Assembly: GCF_044704955.1 (NCBI RefSeq)
Contig: NC_091985.1
Location: 59,706,001-59,770,000 of the forward strand
Origin: Pristiophorus japonicus
Lineage: Eukaryota
DNA: 64,000 bases
Reading direction: 5' to 3'
Shown: positions 11,760-24,962 of the stretch, one piece after another
Numbering within the stretch: the first letter of the stretch is position 1
Layout of the letters: each line of letters starts with the position of its first letter
Program-made: the position numbers and the translations under genes
Notes under the pieces: model-generated
Seen by the model: only the letters and a program-made list of their open reading frames with translations
What the model was told of the DNA's origin: nothing
The model's database searches: none

Positions 11760-13345
11760 GACATGTATGGGAATAGATTAACGGGTAACATAAAAGGGAA
11801 CCCAAAAGTCCTTTCTAAACATAACAATAGTAAAAGGGTAGTTAAAGGGTGGGACTGATTAGGGATCAAAAAGGATAATCTTGTAGAGGCAGAGGCACTA
11901 AATGAGTACTTTGCATCTATCTTCACTAAAGCAGAGGAAACTGCGAATGTCACAGTAAAGGAGGAGGTAGTAGACAAATTGGAGGATAGGATAAAAATAG
12001 ATAAAAAGGAGGAACTCAAAAGGTTGGCAGCACTCAAAGTAGAAAAGTCTGGATGGGTTGCATCCTTGGTTGCTGAGGGAAGTCATGGACAGAGATAGCA
12101 GAGGCTCTGGCCACAATCTTCCAATTGCAAATGTCACATCCCTGTTCAAAAAAAGTGGAGACTGATAAACCCGGCAATTACAGTCCAGTCAGCCCAACGT
12201 TGATGGTGGGGAAACTTTCAGAGACAATGATTCAACATAAAATTAATTGTCAGTTGAAAACATATGGGTTAATAAAAACAGCCAGTATGGATTTGTTAAA
12301 GGAAAATTGTGTTTGACTAACTTGACTGAGTTCTTTGATAAATTAACAGAAAGGATTGATGAAGGTTGTGTGGTTGATGTATATATGGACTTGCAAAAGG
12401 CGTTTGATAAAGTAACACATAATAGATTTATTAGCAAAACTGAAGCCTATAGGATTAAACAGGCAGTGGCAGCATGGATATGAAATTGGCTAAGAGATAG
12501 AAAGAGTAATGGTGAATTGCTGTTTTTCACCAGGAGGGAAGTATACAGAGGTGCCCCCTGTTAGGACCACTGTTCTTTTCTTATATTAATGACCTGGACT
12601 TGGGTAAGCAGGGTATAATTTCAAAGTTTGCAGATGACATGAAACTCAGAAATGTGTTAAACACATGCATATACATAAATCTTTAAAGGTGACTGGACAA
12701 ATTGAGAAGGCAGTTAAAAAAACCAGACAGGTTCCTTGGCTTAACAGAGACATAGAGTACAAAAGCAAGGAAGTTACGCCAAACTTTTATAAATCACTGG
12801 TTAGGCCCCAGCTGGAATATTGACACCACACTTTAAAAGAAGGATGTCAAGGCCTTAGAGAGGGTGCAGAGGGGATTTACTAGAATGGTCCCGGGGATGC
12901 AGGACTTCAGTTATGTGGAAAGACTCGAGAAGCTGGTGTTCTCCTTACAGCAGAGAAAGGTAAGGGGAGATTTAATAAAGGTGTTCAAAATTATGAAGAG
13001 TTTTGATAGAATATATAAACAGAAACTGTTTCAAGTGGTAAAAGAGTTGGTAACTAGAGGACACAGATTTAAGGTAGTTGACGAAAGAACGAGAGGCAGC
13101 ATGAGGAAAGAAAAATTACGCAGCGAGTTGTTATGATCTGGAATGATCTGCCTGAAAGTGTGGTGGAAGCAGATTCAATAATAATTTTTAAAAGGTAATT
13201 GGATAAATACTTGAAAGAGAAAAATTTGCAGGGATGTGGGGAAAGGACAGAGGAATCGGTCTAATTGGATAGCTCTTTCAAAGAGCTGGCACAGGCATGA
13301 TGGGCTGAATGGCCTCCTACTGTGCTGTATCATTTTATGATTCGA
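11760..13345 (+). mobile_element. CR1 LINE fragment (RT to 3' end)
   Basis: SQYGFVKGKLCLTNL..DVYMDLQKAFDKV; QRGFTRMVPGM..RGDLI; CR1 tail GGGCTGAATGGCCTCCT..TGTGCTGTA. Confidence 0.9.
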
Positions 13346-13881
13346 AGATTTACAAGCAGCAAGTTCTGTATACATACATGTGAATATCTTAATCTTCAGT
13401 AATTAAGAAAGTGCCAAATTGAACACTTAGTATAATGGAAGGTATGCTGTTTTATAGGGCTCAATTTTCCCCAATGCCATTTTTTGGCGAATTGCTAGAG
13501 TTACGCCTATTTTTCTTGGCCCTAACTGCTCCAAAAAAAATTACCAAGTTTCCCCGTTCTATTTTTTGAAATTGGCACCGTGCAGCCTGTCCTGTAGCCA
13601 CGGGAGGTGGAGCCTAATATCTGCGCTGAAAAAACGATGCTGCTCCTTCCGCGCATGCGTGAAAAAAAAATGATGTTTTTGATGTGATTCCTATGGGCGT
13701 GCATGGCCAGTACAGCTCCCGGTCTGCGTTCGGCCATTTTTAGAGCCAGTTGTGTTGGGAACTTTAATTCTCATTGGAAAAATCGGAGCTGCAATACATG
13801 ATGTAATGCAGCGCAAGGACCAATAATTTCTTACAGGATGAAGTGGAAGCACTATTTATCGTGATTGAGAACAGATGGCAG

Positions 13882-16800
13882 AAGGGCACTTTGTCTAAAT
13901 ACACATAGCATTTGTAACAAGATAAATGAGTTGATGGCACAAATTGAGACAAATGGATATGATTTGATAGCCATTACAGAGACGTGATTGCAAGGTGACC
14001 AGGACTGGGAATTAAATATTCAGAGGTACTTGACAATCCGGAAGTCAGACAGAAAGGAAAAGGAGGTGGGGTAGCTCTATTGGTAAAGGATGGAATCACT
14101 GCAATAGTAAGAAACAATATTGGCTCAAATGATGAGGGTGTTGAAACAATTTGGGTGGAGATAAGGAACAATAAGAGGAAAAAGTCACTGGTGGGCATAG
14201 TCTATAGGCCCCCTAACAGTAGCAACTCTGTTGGTCGGAGCATAAACCAGGAAATAGTGGGAGCTTGTAAAAAGGGAACAGCAATTATCATGGGTGATTT
14301 TAACCTCCATATTGATTGGACAAATCAAATTGGTCAAGGTAGCCTTGAGGAGGAGTTCATAGAGTGCATAAGGGATGGGTTCCTTGAGTAGTATGTAACG
14401 GAACCAACCAGGGGGCAGGCTATCTTAGATCTGGACCTGTGTAATGAGACAGGATTAATAAACAAACAATCTCCTAGTAAAGGATCCCCTCGGAATGAGT
14501 GATCATAGCATGATTGAATTTCAAATTCAGATGGGAGGTGAGAAAGTTGGATCTCTAACCAGTGTACTAAGCTTAAATAAAGGAGACTATGAAAGTATGA
14601 GGACAGCAATGGGAAAGTGGACTGGGAAAATAAAGTGTAGGACGGTTGATGAACAGTGGTGTACTTTTAAGGAGATATTTCTTAACTCTCAAGAAAAATA
14701 TATTCCAGTGAGGAGGAAAGGGTGTAAGAGAAAAGATAACCACCCGTGACTAACTAAAGAAATAAAGGATGCTATCCAATTAAAAACAAGGGCATACAAA
14801 GTGGCCAAAACTAGTGGGAGGACAGAAGACAAGGAAGCTTTTAAAAGCCAGCAAAGAACGACTAAAAAAATGATTAAGAAAGGGAAGATAGACTATGAAA
14901 GTAAACTAGCACAAAATATAAAAAACAGATAGCAAGAGTTTCTATAGGTATATAAAAAGGAAAAGGATGGGTAAAGTAAATGTTGGTCCCTTAGAGGACG
15001 AGACCGGGGAATTAGTAATGGGGAACATGGAGATGGCAGAAACTCTGAACAAATATTTTGTATCAGTCTTTATGGTAGAGGACACTAACAATATTCCAAC
15101 AGTGGATAGTGAAGGGGCTATGGGCCGGGGGAGGGGGGGGGTGGGGAGGAACTTAACACAATCACAATCACTAAGGAGGTGGTACTCAGTAAGATAATGG
15201 GACGAAAGATAAATCACCTAGACCTGATGGCTTGCATCCTAGGGTCTTAAGAGAAGTAGCAGCAGGGATTGTGGATGCATTGGTTGTAATTTACCAAAAA
15301 TCTCTGGATTCTGGGGAGGTCCCAGCAGATTGGAAACTGCAAATGTAACGCCCCTATTTAAAAAAGGTGGCAGACAAAAAGGAAACTATAGACCAGTTAG
15401 CCTAACATCTGTGGTTGGGAAAATGTTGGAGTCCATTATTAAAGAAGCAGCAACAGGACATTTGGAAAAGTAAAATTCGGTCAGGCAGAGTCAGCATGGA
15501 TTTATGAAGGGGAAGTCATGTTTGACAAATTTGCTGGAGTTCTTTGAGGATGTAATGAACAGGGTGGATAAAAGGGAACCAGTGGATGTGGTGTATCTGG
15601 ACTTCCAGAAGGCATTTGACAAGGTGCCACATAAAAGGTTACTGCACAAGATAAAAGTTCATGGGGTTGGGGGTAATATATTAGCATGGATAGAGGATTG
15701 GCGATCTAACAGAGAACAGAGTCGGGATAAATGGTTCATTCTCTGGTTGGCAACCAGTAACTAGTGGGGTGCCGCATGGATCAGTGCTGGGACCCCAATT
15801 ATTTACAATCTATATTAACGACATGGAAGAAGGGACTTTGTGTAACGTAGCCAAGTTTGCTGATGATACAAAGATGGGAGGAAAAGCAATGTGTGAGGAG
15901 GACACAAAAAATCTGCAAAAGGACATAGACAGGCTAAGTGAGTGGGCAAAAATTTGGTAGCCGGAGTATAATGTTGGAAAGTGTGAGGTCATGCACTTTG
16001 GCAGAACAAATCAAAGATTAAGTCATTATTTTAGTGGAGAAAGATTGCAAAGTGCCGCAGTATAGCGGGACCTGGGGGTACTTGTGCATGAAACACAAAA
16101 GGATCGTATGCAGGTACAGCAAGTGATCAGGAAGGCCGATGGTATCTGTTATGTATGTAGCTATATATAGTTGCCACCAGAGGGTGTGACTGCGGGAGTC
16201 CTACGGGTCACCCACACCTCGTGCTGTGCTGGTATAAAAGGCTTGCTACCTTGTTGTTCAGGCACTCTGGAATTAGAATAGAGAGACCAAGGTCATACTA
16301 GTTTCAGCTTACAGTATTCGGCCTCGTGAGATTATTTCATACACAATGGTATCGGCCTTTATTGCAAAGGGGATGGAGTATAAAAGCAGGGAAGTCTTAC
16401 TACAGCTATATAAAGATATTGGTGAGGCCACACCTGGAATGCTGTGTGTAGTTTTGGTTTCCATATTTACGAAAGGATATACTTGCTTTGGAGGCAGTTC
16501 AGAGAAGGTTCATTAGGTTGATTCCGTGGATGAGGGGGTTGACTTATGAGAAAAGGTTGAGTAGGTTGGACCTCTACTCATTGGAATTCAGAAGAATGAG
16601 AGGTGATCGTATCGAAACATAAAAGATTATGAGGGGGCTTGACAAGGTGGATGCAGAGAGGATGTTTCCTCTGATGGGGGAGACTAGAACAAGAGGGCAC
16701 GATCTTAGAATAAGGGGCCGCCCATTTAAAACAGATGAGGAGAAATTACTTCTGTCAGAGGGTTGGAATTCACTGCCTCAGAGAGCTGTGGAAACTGAGG

Positions 16801-16981
16801 CATTAAATAAATTTAAGACAGAAATAGACAGTTTCTTAAACGATAAGGGGATAAGGGGTTATGGGGAGCGGGCAAGGAAGTGGAGCTGAATCCATGATCA
16901 GATCAGCCATGGTCTTATTGGATGGCGGAGCAGGCTCGAGGGGCCGTATAGCCTACTCCTGTTCCTATTTCTTATGTTCTT
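13882..16981 (+). mobile_element. CR1 LINE, near-complete ORF2 (endonuclease + RT), decayed
   Basis: GIVYRPPN / IIMGDFN endonuclease motifs; YLDFQKAFDKVPH, GSVLGP and KFADDTK RT motifs; (CTTATGTT)n tail; 7-bp TSD ATGGCAG at 13875-13881 and 16982-16988. Confidence 0.95.
16147..16348 (+). mobile_element. Solo LTR (~200 bp) inside CR1
   Basis: TGTTATGT...ACACAATG imperfect inverted ends, GTATC duplicated on both sides, internal TATAAAAG; it interrupts otherwise contiguous CR1 sequence. Confidence 0.75.
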
Positions 16982-18998
16982 ATGGCAGGAGCTGCACACC
17001 AGCAGAAGTCACATAAAAGTTCCACCCCACCAAAAGAAATGAAGAAACGCTGGAACCAACCTGCAGAAGATTACTGTGCAATGGTGACCACCGCGAGGTC
17101 TGGAGATCAGTGTAAAAAGTGGTAGGACCTTGGTCAAGTAGTTAGTGTAAGTAATATTTTCATTTATTCAATGGAATTGCAATTGTAAATGTGACCAGCT
17201 GTATATGTCCCACCCAGCAGAAAAACAGCCTCTCGAAAACGTTATATTTTCATCTTTGCAAAGGAAGGTGGCACACAACAAAAGGGAAAGGACTCGAACA
17301 GGAGGAGGCCCGGCAAATCTGCAGCCTCTGACACCCTTAGAAGAGAGGGTCGCTGCTTTGATGGGTCCTGCCTGGAGAAAAGCAACCACCACTGCACAAG
17401 CTGGGCCCACACTCGAGGGAGAGGGTAAGTCCTACAAATTCCAGAGTCTGGCTTTGCTAAATGTGAAGTACTGCATGGGCTAGCCATGTTTCGGTTCATG
17501 GGGATGTATCCATCAGCTACGCTTTGCTTGATGCAATATGTTATCATTCATCGTGGTCCTTCAAATTCAGCCTGCTGCATGCGCTGTGTGAGCCTACTCA
17601 TGCCACCCACCCTGCTCCCTCCTCTGCTGCTAACCATTTGTCTGTTCTGTTATATTTTGCCGAACTTGAGGCCAACCCCGGCGATGCTGAAGATTGCGAT
17701 GCGGATGAGCCTGAAGAGTAGAACAGCTTCCAATCCCACATTCCAGACCAAGAGCATGGGGGTGAGGGGGAGGGGATAGATGACTCCCTCACTGTTGCAC
17801 TCACTTTGGAGGAGGGTGTTGGTGCTGCCCATTGAGGTGCCAGCACCTTCCTTGAGTGGTACGAGTGTTGATGGGACATTTCATGGTTTCCCACCGTCTG
17901 AGGCTGCGGGTCCCAGTGGGATGCAGCAAGCCACACCCAGGGTGAGGAGAGGAAGCAGACAGAGCTCGGCAGCATTCTCCTGAGGTGTAGGATCTAACAG
18001 ATGTGGTTCAGATGATGGCAGTGAGTGCGGAGCGCATTGACCTTACCTGATCACTCCTGGACACCATCAGTGGGGTAGGTGATGAGGTATTGGGACTGTC
18101 AGGAGAAGTAACAACACTCTCACGAGAAATGGGAACACTGTCCGGGCACATGAGGGAGGGAATGTCTCAATCAGCTGAAACAATGTGGTGCACATGAGGG
18201 AGGGAATGTCGCAGGTAGCTGATGCGCTGTCAGTGAACAGGAAGGAGGGAATGTTGCAGGTAGTTCAGACACTGTCGGCGAACATGAGGGAGGAAATGTT
18301 GCAGGTAATTGACACACTGTCAGAGCACATGAAGGAGGGAATGTCGGAGTTAGCTGCTACAATAAGGGAACACACCCAGACCCCGCGCTCATTGACAGAA
18401 TCAACTGCCACTCCCACTCCAATCCCCAGACCAGCCTCTGAAGAGGCTCAAGCCGGGCCCTCCACATTACTACCTGCCTTGCCCCCATCAAGAAGTGCAC
18501 ATTATCCGAGATGCTCAGAAGAATAAACTTGGTACCAACCCGAGAAACGCTGCGCCACCGCCTGCGGGCAGGAGTGGAGTCACCAAGACCAAGAGCAGCA
18601 GGCGGTCTTAGAATAAGGTGGAGAGATGGGTGCAGCCTTTCTTTGCTGCTATTGTTATTATTATTGTTGTTACTGTTGTAACTGTTCTCAAATTAAAAGT
18701 TTTTTGTAAGTTATGTAAATTTACAAGTTTAGAAGTTTTTAAGTGATCTTAACTGAAAACTTTAAAGTTTGATACAAGAATATTTTAATTAAAGTACAAA
18801 CAAATGTTTGTTAAAGTTTTGAATAAAATATATTTTACATTATAACTGAATCATTTACTTTATTTGTTCCATTATTAACACAACATTTTGAACTAAATAA
18901 GAATCATTTCAATCATTTGTTCCATTCACACAACACAACATTACGGAACAGGTCCAAACAGTAAACATGGTCCTTGTGGAATAGTTGCCGCTAAGCCT

Positions 18999-20173
18999 TC
19001 AGGCTGCAAAGCGTTGACAGATGAGCTGCTGGCGCAAGGCTTGAGCAATCGTTAAAGGGGCACGACAGCCTGTCCTCCTCTGCCATCGTGTTCCGGGTTC
19101 AGGTAGCTGCATGGCTTCCTCGTCCTCCTCGTCATCTGCATCTTCCTCATCGTCATCAGCCACTCTCACCTCCGGTGGGTCTTCCACTCCCAGCTGCTGC
19201 TGCCTCATGATGGCTGAGTTATGCAGTGTGCAGCATCCAACAGTGAACTGACCGACAATCTCAGGGGAGTATTGCGTGTTGCCTCCGGAATGGTCCAGGC
19301 ATCGGAAACACTGTTTCAAGATGTCAATAGTCCTCTCTGTTATGCTGCGTGTTGCAATGTGCGACATGTTATATTCACGGTCAGCTTCCGTCCAGGATAC
19401 GTGTAGGGGCGTCATGAGCCAGGTGGCGAGGCTGTACCCTTTGTCTCCCAGTAGCCAGCTCTGCCCTTCTGGCTGCTGCTGAAACATGGCAAATAGAATG
19501 CTCTCGCGTAGGATGAGTGCATCATGGGTGCTCCTAGGGTATCTCGCATCAACTGACATGATGCGATGCATGCCGTCACACACGAGCTCACATAAATGGA
19601 GTGGAAGCCTTTTCTGTTCCTGTACATCTCGGAATCCTCCAAAGGTGCTCGTAAGGTGATGTGGGTACAATCAATGCAGCCCTGTACCTTTGGGAAGCCA
19701 GCGATACTGAAGAAGCCCACAGCCCTTTCACACATTGCCTGGGTGATCATGGAGAACCTTATGTAGTCATTCGTCTGGACATATAGTGTAGCAGTCACCT
19801 GCCGAATGCAGATATGTGTTGCATGTTGAGAAATGGCACACACATCCCCAGTTGTAGCCTGGAACGATCCAGAAAGTGCAGCTGTAACCGTCACTTCAGC
19901 CGGCAAAGCAGTCTTCCTGATGCTTCGAGGTTGCAGGTCTGCTTTTACTAACTCTCAGATCTCAGTTACAACTTCTTTGCGGACACAGTCTACATCACTC
20001 AGGTGCAGGTATGAACGCCTGTCTCGATATACCCGACGTAGGTAAGGCCTCATGCTCATCACCCTACGTGCTCTGAGGTTCCTCATGCGATGACGTTCAA
20101 TCAATTGTCTCCTCCGTAGCACCACCATGCAGAAGGCTTGCACAAGGTATGACATTGTCAGTATTGCCCCCAT
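18999..20173 (-). pseudogene. Harbinger (HARBI1-like DDE) transposase, frameshifted
   Basis: GFPKVQGCIDCTHI, YRNRKGFHSI, DARYPRSTHDALILRES, WLLGDKGY and TERTIDILKQCFRCLD motifs across ORFs 19955-20173, 19412-19906 and 18999-19670. Confidence 0.95.
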
Positions 20174-20964
20174 GATTAAATTCTACCTGTACAAGAAGCT
20201 CAAACCGGCAGGCAGGATAAGGTTCTTTGTTCTCTCTCCCCAACGTCGATGCCCTAGTATGGACCATACCCTGGTCTGTAGAGGTGCAATGATTGGGAAA
20301 CCCAACCCCCCCACCCCAGGCTTCATTTGATGCGTAGTGCAGGCTTATCATGCTTTCCGTTCGACTTCCACAGACCCCCACCCCCGCAGGCTTCTTTTGA
20401 AGCCGAGCCCCGAGCCCTGGTCTGGACGAGGGACCAATTCTGCCGGGCGACGCTCTGACCCTCGAACCTGGTGGTCTCGTGTCAGTTTAAAAATAATGAA
20501 AACTTAAATAATTCCATTAAACATTCATTTCCTGTGTTTTAAATTTTAAAAATTTAAGCTTGATTATGGATATTTATGTGTCCGTGACTCTCTCCAAAAC
20601 TTCGCATAAAAACAATGGCGTCTTTCTCGACGATTTTTTAATGTGCGCTGTTTTTTTTTAAGTGCTCAGAAGGTTTATCGGGAGTGGTCACATACGCCAC
20701 CCTAGGAGAAATTTAAATTGGCCAAATTTCCATGATTGTGAAAAACTGGCGCAGACATCAGATTACGCCCCCTATGACACACAAAAAAAACTAACCTAAA
20801 AAAATCGTAACTGAGTTACGCGGGCGCAGAAAGATTGAGGAAACTTGGATTTTAAAATTTAGGGCAAAAAAAGCGGCGCATGCCAAAAAAACAGCAGAAA
20901 TCACTGGGGAAAATTGACCCCATAATGTTGGGACCATTACATTTTAAAACGTGCAATAGACATT

Positions 20965-23120
20965 ATAGAACCTTAGAATGGTTACAGCACGGAAGGCGGC
21001 CATTCGGCCCGTCGAGTCCGTGTTGACTCTCAGCTAGTCTCACTCCCCTGCAATTTTTTTCTCTTCAGATACTTATCCAACTGCCTTTTGAAAGATGAAA
21101 TTGAGTCTGCCTCCACCACCCTGTCAGGCAGTGCATTCCAGATCTTAACCACTCTCTACGTGAAATCGTTTTCTCTTAAGTCGCCTTTGGTTCTTTTGCC
21201 AATCACCTTAAATCTGTGTCCTCTAGTCCTCGACCCTTCTACCAGTGGGAACAGTTTCTCTCTATCTACTCTATCTAAATCTCTAGGGCCTGATAGTCTG
21301 CATCCCAGAGTACTCAAGAAAGTGGCCCTAGAAATAGTGGATGCAGTATGATTATTTTCCAACAGTCTATCTGGATTAGTTCCGATGGACTGGAGGGTTG
21401 CTAATGTAACACCACTTTTTAAAAAAGGAGGGAGAGAGAAAGCGGATAATTACAGACCGGTTAGCCTGACATCAGTAGTGGTGAAAATGTTGGAATCAAT
21501 CATTAAGGATGAAATAGCAGCGCATTTAGAAAGCAGTGACAGGATCGGTCCAAATCAGCATGGATTTATGAAGGGGAAATCATGCTTGACAAATCTTCTG
21601 GAATTTTTTGAGGCTGTAACTAGTAGAGTGGACAAAGGAGAACCAGTGGATGTGGTGTATTTGGACTTATAAAAGGCTTTTGACAAGGTCCCACACAAGA
21701 GATTGGTATGCAAAATCAAAGCACATGGTATTGGGGGTAATATACTGACGTGGATAGTGAACTGGTTGGCAGCCAGGAAGCAAAGAGTCGGGATAAACAG
21801 GTCCTTTTCAGAATGGCAGGCAGTGACTAGTGGAGTGCTGCAGGACTCAGTACTGGGACCCCACCTCTTTACAATATACATCAATGATTTAGATGAAGGA
21901 ATTGTGTGTAATATCTCCAAGTTTGCAGATGACACTAAACTGGGCGGCGGTGTGAGCTGTGAGGGGAACGCTAGGAGGCTGCAGGGTGACTTGGACAGGT
22001 TAGGTGAGTGGGCAAATGTTTGGCAGATGTAGTATAATGTGGATAAATGTGAGGTTATCCACTTTGGGGGTTAAATACGCGAAGACAGAATATTATCTGA
22101 ATGGTGGCAGATTAGGAAAAGGGGAGGTGCAGCGAGACCTGGGTGTCATGGTTCATCAGTCATTGAAAGTTGGCATACAGGTACAGCAGGCGGTGAAGAA
22201 GTCAAATGGTATGTTGGCCTTCATAGCTAGGGGATTTGAGTACAGAAGCAGGGAGGTCTTACTGCAGTTGTACAGGACCTTGGTGAGGCCTCACCTGGAA
22301 TATTGTGTTCAGTTTTGGTCTCCTAATCTGAGGAAGGACGTTCTTGCTATTGAGGGAGTGCAGCGAAGGTTCACCAGACTGATTCCCAGGATGGAAGGAC
22401 TGACATATGAGGAGAGACTGGATCAACTGGGCCTTTATACATTGGAGTTTAGAAGGATGAGAGTGGATCTCATAGAATCATATAAGATTCTGACGGGATG
22501 GGACAGGTTAGATGCGGGTAGAATGTTCCCGATGTTGGGGAAGTCCAGAACCAGGGGACACAATCTTAGGATAAGGGGTAGGCCGTTTAGGACTGAGATG
22601 AGGAGAAACTTCTTCACTCAGAGAGTTGTTAACCTGTGGAATTCTCTGCCGCAGAAAGTTGTTGATGTCAGTTCATTGGATATATTAAAGAGGGAGTTAG
22701 ATATGGCCCTTACGGCTAAGGGGATCAAGGGGTTTGGAGAGAAAGCAGGAAAGGGGTACTGAGGGAATGATCAGCCATGATCTTATTGAATGATGGTGCA
22801 GGCTCGAAGGGCCGAATGGCCTACTCCTGCACCTATTTTCTATGTTTCTATGTCCTCATGATTTTGAACACCTCTATCAAATCTCCTTTCAATCTTCTCT
22901 GCTCCAAGGAGAACAACCCCAGCTTCTCCAGTCTATCAACGTAACTGAAGTCCCTCATTCCTGGAATCATTCTCGTAAATCTTCTCTGCATCCTGTCTAA
23001 GGCCTTCACACCCTTCCTAAAGTGTGGTGCCCAAAATTGGACACAGTATTCCAATTGGGGCTGAACTAGTACTGAACACAGGTTCATCATAATTTTCACA
23101 CTTTTGCACTCTATACCTCA
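20965..23120 (-). mobile_element. CR1 3' fragment split by an antiparallel CR1 (pieces 20965-21276 and 22851-23120)
   Basis: LEYCVQFWAPHFRK..QRRFTRMIPGM..GDLIEVFKIMR continues as DRVDREKLFPLVEGSRTRGHRFKV. Confidence 0.85.
21277..22850 (+). mobile_element. CR1 LINE, RT to 3' end (relatively young)
   Basis: GPDSLHPRVLK, NYRPVSLTS and FADDTKLGG motifs; long open C-terminal ORF 22004-22762; (CTATGTTT)n tail. Confidence 0.95.
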
Positions 23121-23124
23121 CGTC

Positions 23125-23945
23125 AGTCTTTCCTCAGTGGCAGAACTTTTGTCGCTGAGTCAGAATGTTGTAGTTTCAAGTCTTACGCCAGAGACTTGAG
23201 CACATAGAAACATAGAAAATAGGTGCAGGAGTAGGCCATTCGGCCCTTCGAGCCTGCACCACCATTCAATATGATTATAGCTGATCATGCAGCTTCATTA
23301 CCCCATTCCTGCTTTCTCTCCATACCCCTTGATTCCTTTAACCGTAAGGGCCACATCTAACTCCCTTTTGAATATATCTAACGAACTGGCCTCAACAACT
23401 TTCTGTGGTCGAGAATTCCACAGGTTCACAATTCTTTGAGTGAAGAAGTTTCTCCTCATCTCGGTCCTAAATGGCTTACCCCTTATCCTTAGACTGTGAC
23501 CCTGGTTCTGGACTTTCCCAACATCGGGAACATTCTTCCTGCATCTAACCTGTCCAATCCCGTCAAGATAATCCAAGCTGATACTTCAGTGCAGTACAGA
23601 AGGAATGCTACACTGACTGAGGTCCTGTTGTTTAGATGAGAGGTTAAATTGTCTGCCCTTTCAACTGCGTGTAAAAGATCCAATGGCATTGTTCAAATAA
23701 GAGCAGGGGAGTTCTCCCACTGTCCTGGACAATGTTTATTCCTCAACTAACTCTATTAAAACTGATTATCTGGTCATTTATTTCATTCCTGATTGTGGGA
23801 GCTTGCTCTGCGCAAAATGGCCTGCCACGTTTCCCTACATTGCAACAGTGTTCCACACTTCATAAGTACTTTAATGGCTGTAAAGCGCTTTGGGTCATCC
23901 TTAGATCGTGAAAGGTGCTTGATAATTGCAAGTCTTTATTTTCTT
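23125..23945 (+). mobile_element. DeuSINE/SacSINE1-like SINE, interrupted by a CR1 3' end (23205-23567, minus)
   Basis: tRNA-like head (CAGTGG...GAGTCAGAA...TTCAAGTC..CCAGAGACTTGAGCACA), Deu-like core and tail; the inserted piece encodes RMFPMLGKSRT..RRNFFTQR. Confidence 0.75.
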
Positions 23946-24962
23946 TATTTATATTATCAAAGAAGCCTGGAGTTATTATTGTAGTCATTTTCTTAATATC
24001 CATATTCTGAAAATCGTCAGCAATATACATATATATATATACACACACATATATTTTCCCACCAAAAAATTAGCTGCAAGTAAAAAGCAACATAGCCTAG
24101 AAATCACCCAGTTGGCAAAAAGCTACACTGAAAAAGCTCCCAATGCATAATTAGTTAAACCTGAAAGCAAAATCCTGAAACTTGTCTGAACAGGCACTGG
24201 TCCTAAAATTCTTTGGGCCAGAATCATGCCCGTCCGTGCCGTCCAATGTTGACCCTGCAGGGCAAGGAAGATGGCATCTAATCAGCATAGAGTTAGTGGG
24301 CACCCATTCCATTAGCACTTGCTCCATAGACCAGAAAGTTTGGTGCAACTTGCTTATTGCCAGGAGAATGCTTGGTTCCCTCCCCAAGAAAACACCACAT
24401 AATGTATAAGCTGGTACATTTTTAGGTTCAGTAAAACAATTCAACATGGCAGCTCAAATCAACTTCACAAAATTATTTTAATAATTTGATTGCTTCTTGT
24501 TGCTTCCCAATTCGGGAATATATTAAAAAGGAGTGATTTTGCTCAGCTTTCTGTTGGTTATTTATTCATCATTGGTAGCTACTGACTGAAGTGAACTGCT
24601 AGTGATTTCTCCCTGTGTAGTCAATTAGTCTATCATTGGTTGGTGATTTAACAGCTAAGTCCTCATTTCAAGCAATTTCTGCTCTGTAGAATCTCAGGTG
24701 AGGCACTTTCAGATGCGAAGAATTTGAAAGATGTGATGTGATAGGTATGTGCCACTGCTAATCTCTTAAATGTATAGATTGAAGCAGGGATTTCTAAGCT
24801 ATGTATCTAAGATCACGTGACAGAACACCAGCAGTACTAGTCCACGCAGCTTGGTATTATTTGTACTTGTATTTTTAATTTGTTGAATTCTCCCGTTTGA
24901 ATTTTGTGGACCTAGACGTTTGAAAAGGGTTGGTTTTAGCACTGTTGCCTCATTGGTGGATA

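Larger units (their letters stand above)
13798..18610 (+). pseudogene. Harbinger Myb/SANT-like DNA-binding protein gene, interrupted by CR1
   Basis: ARTNNFLQDEVEALFIVIENRWQ|CR1|ELH...KKRWNQ...RSGDQCKKW*DL, then GTAAGT. The next exon reads RKVAHNKRERTRTGGGPANLQPLTPLEERV, then GTAAGT. An acidic and helical C-terminal exon follows. Confidence 0.85.
13457..20921. mobile_element. Full-length decayed PIF/Harbinger transposon (with nested CR1)
   Basis: 17-bp TIRs GGGCTCAATTTTCCCCA / TGGGGAAAATTGACCCC (one mismatch), 3-bp TSD ATA, and convergent Myb-like and transposase genes. Confidence 0.92.

Noticed and set aside
16347-16353. TGGTATC after the small LTR as a tRNA-Met primer-binding site
   Set aside because: It duplicates the CR1 target sequence on the left flank, and CR1 resumes immediately.
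18999-20173. Domesticated HARBI1 gene
   Set aside because: It is frameshifted and enclosed by TIRs and a TSD, so it is a decayed transposon copy.
24151-24447. 98-aa minus-strand ORF in non-repeat DNA
   Set aside because: No recognisable motif, no MTA similarity and no convincing splice sites.
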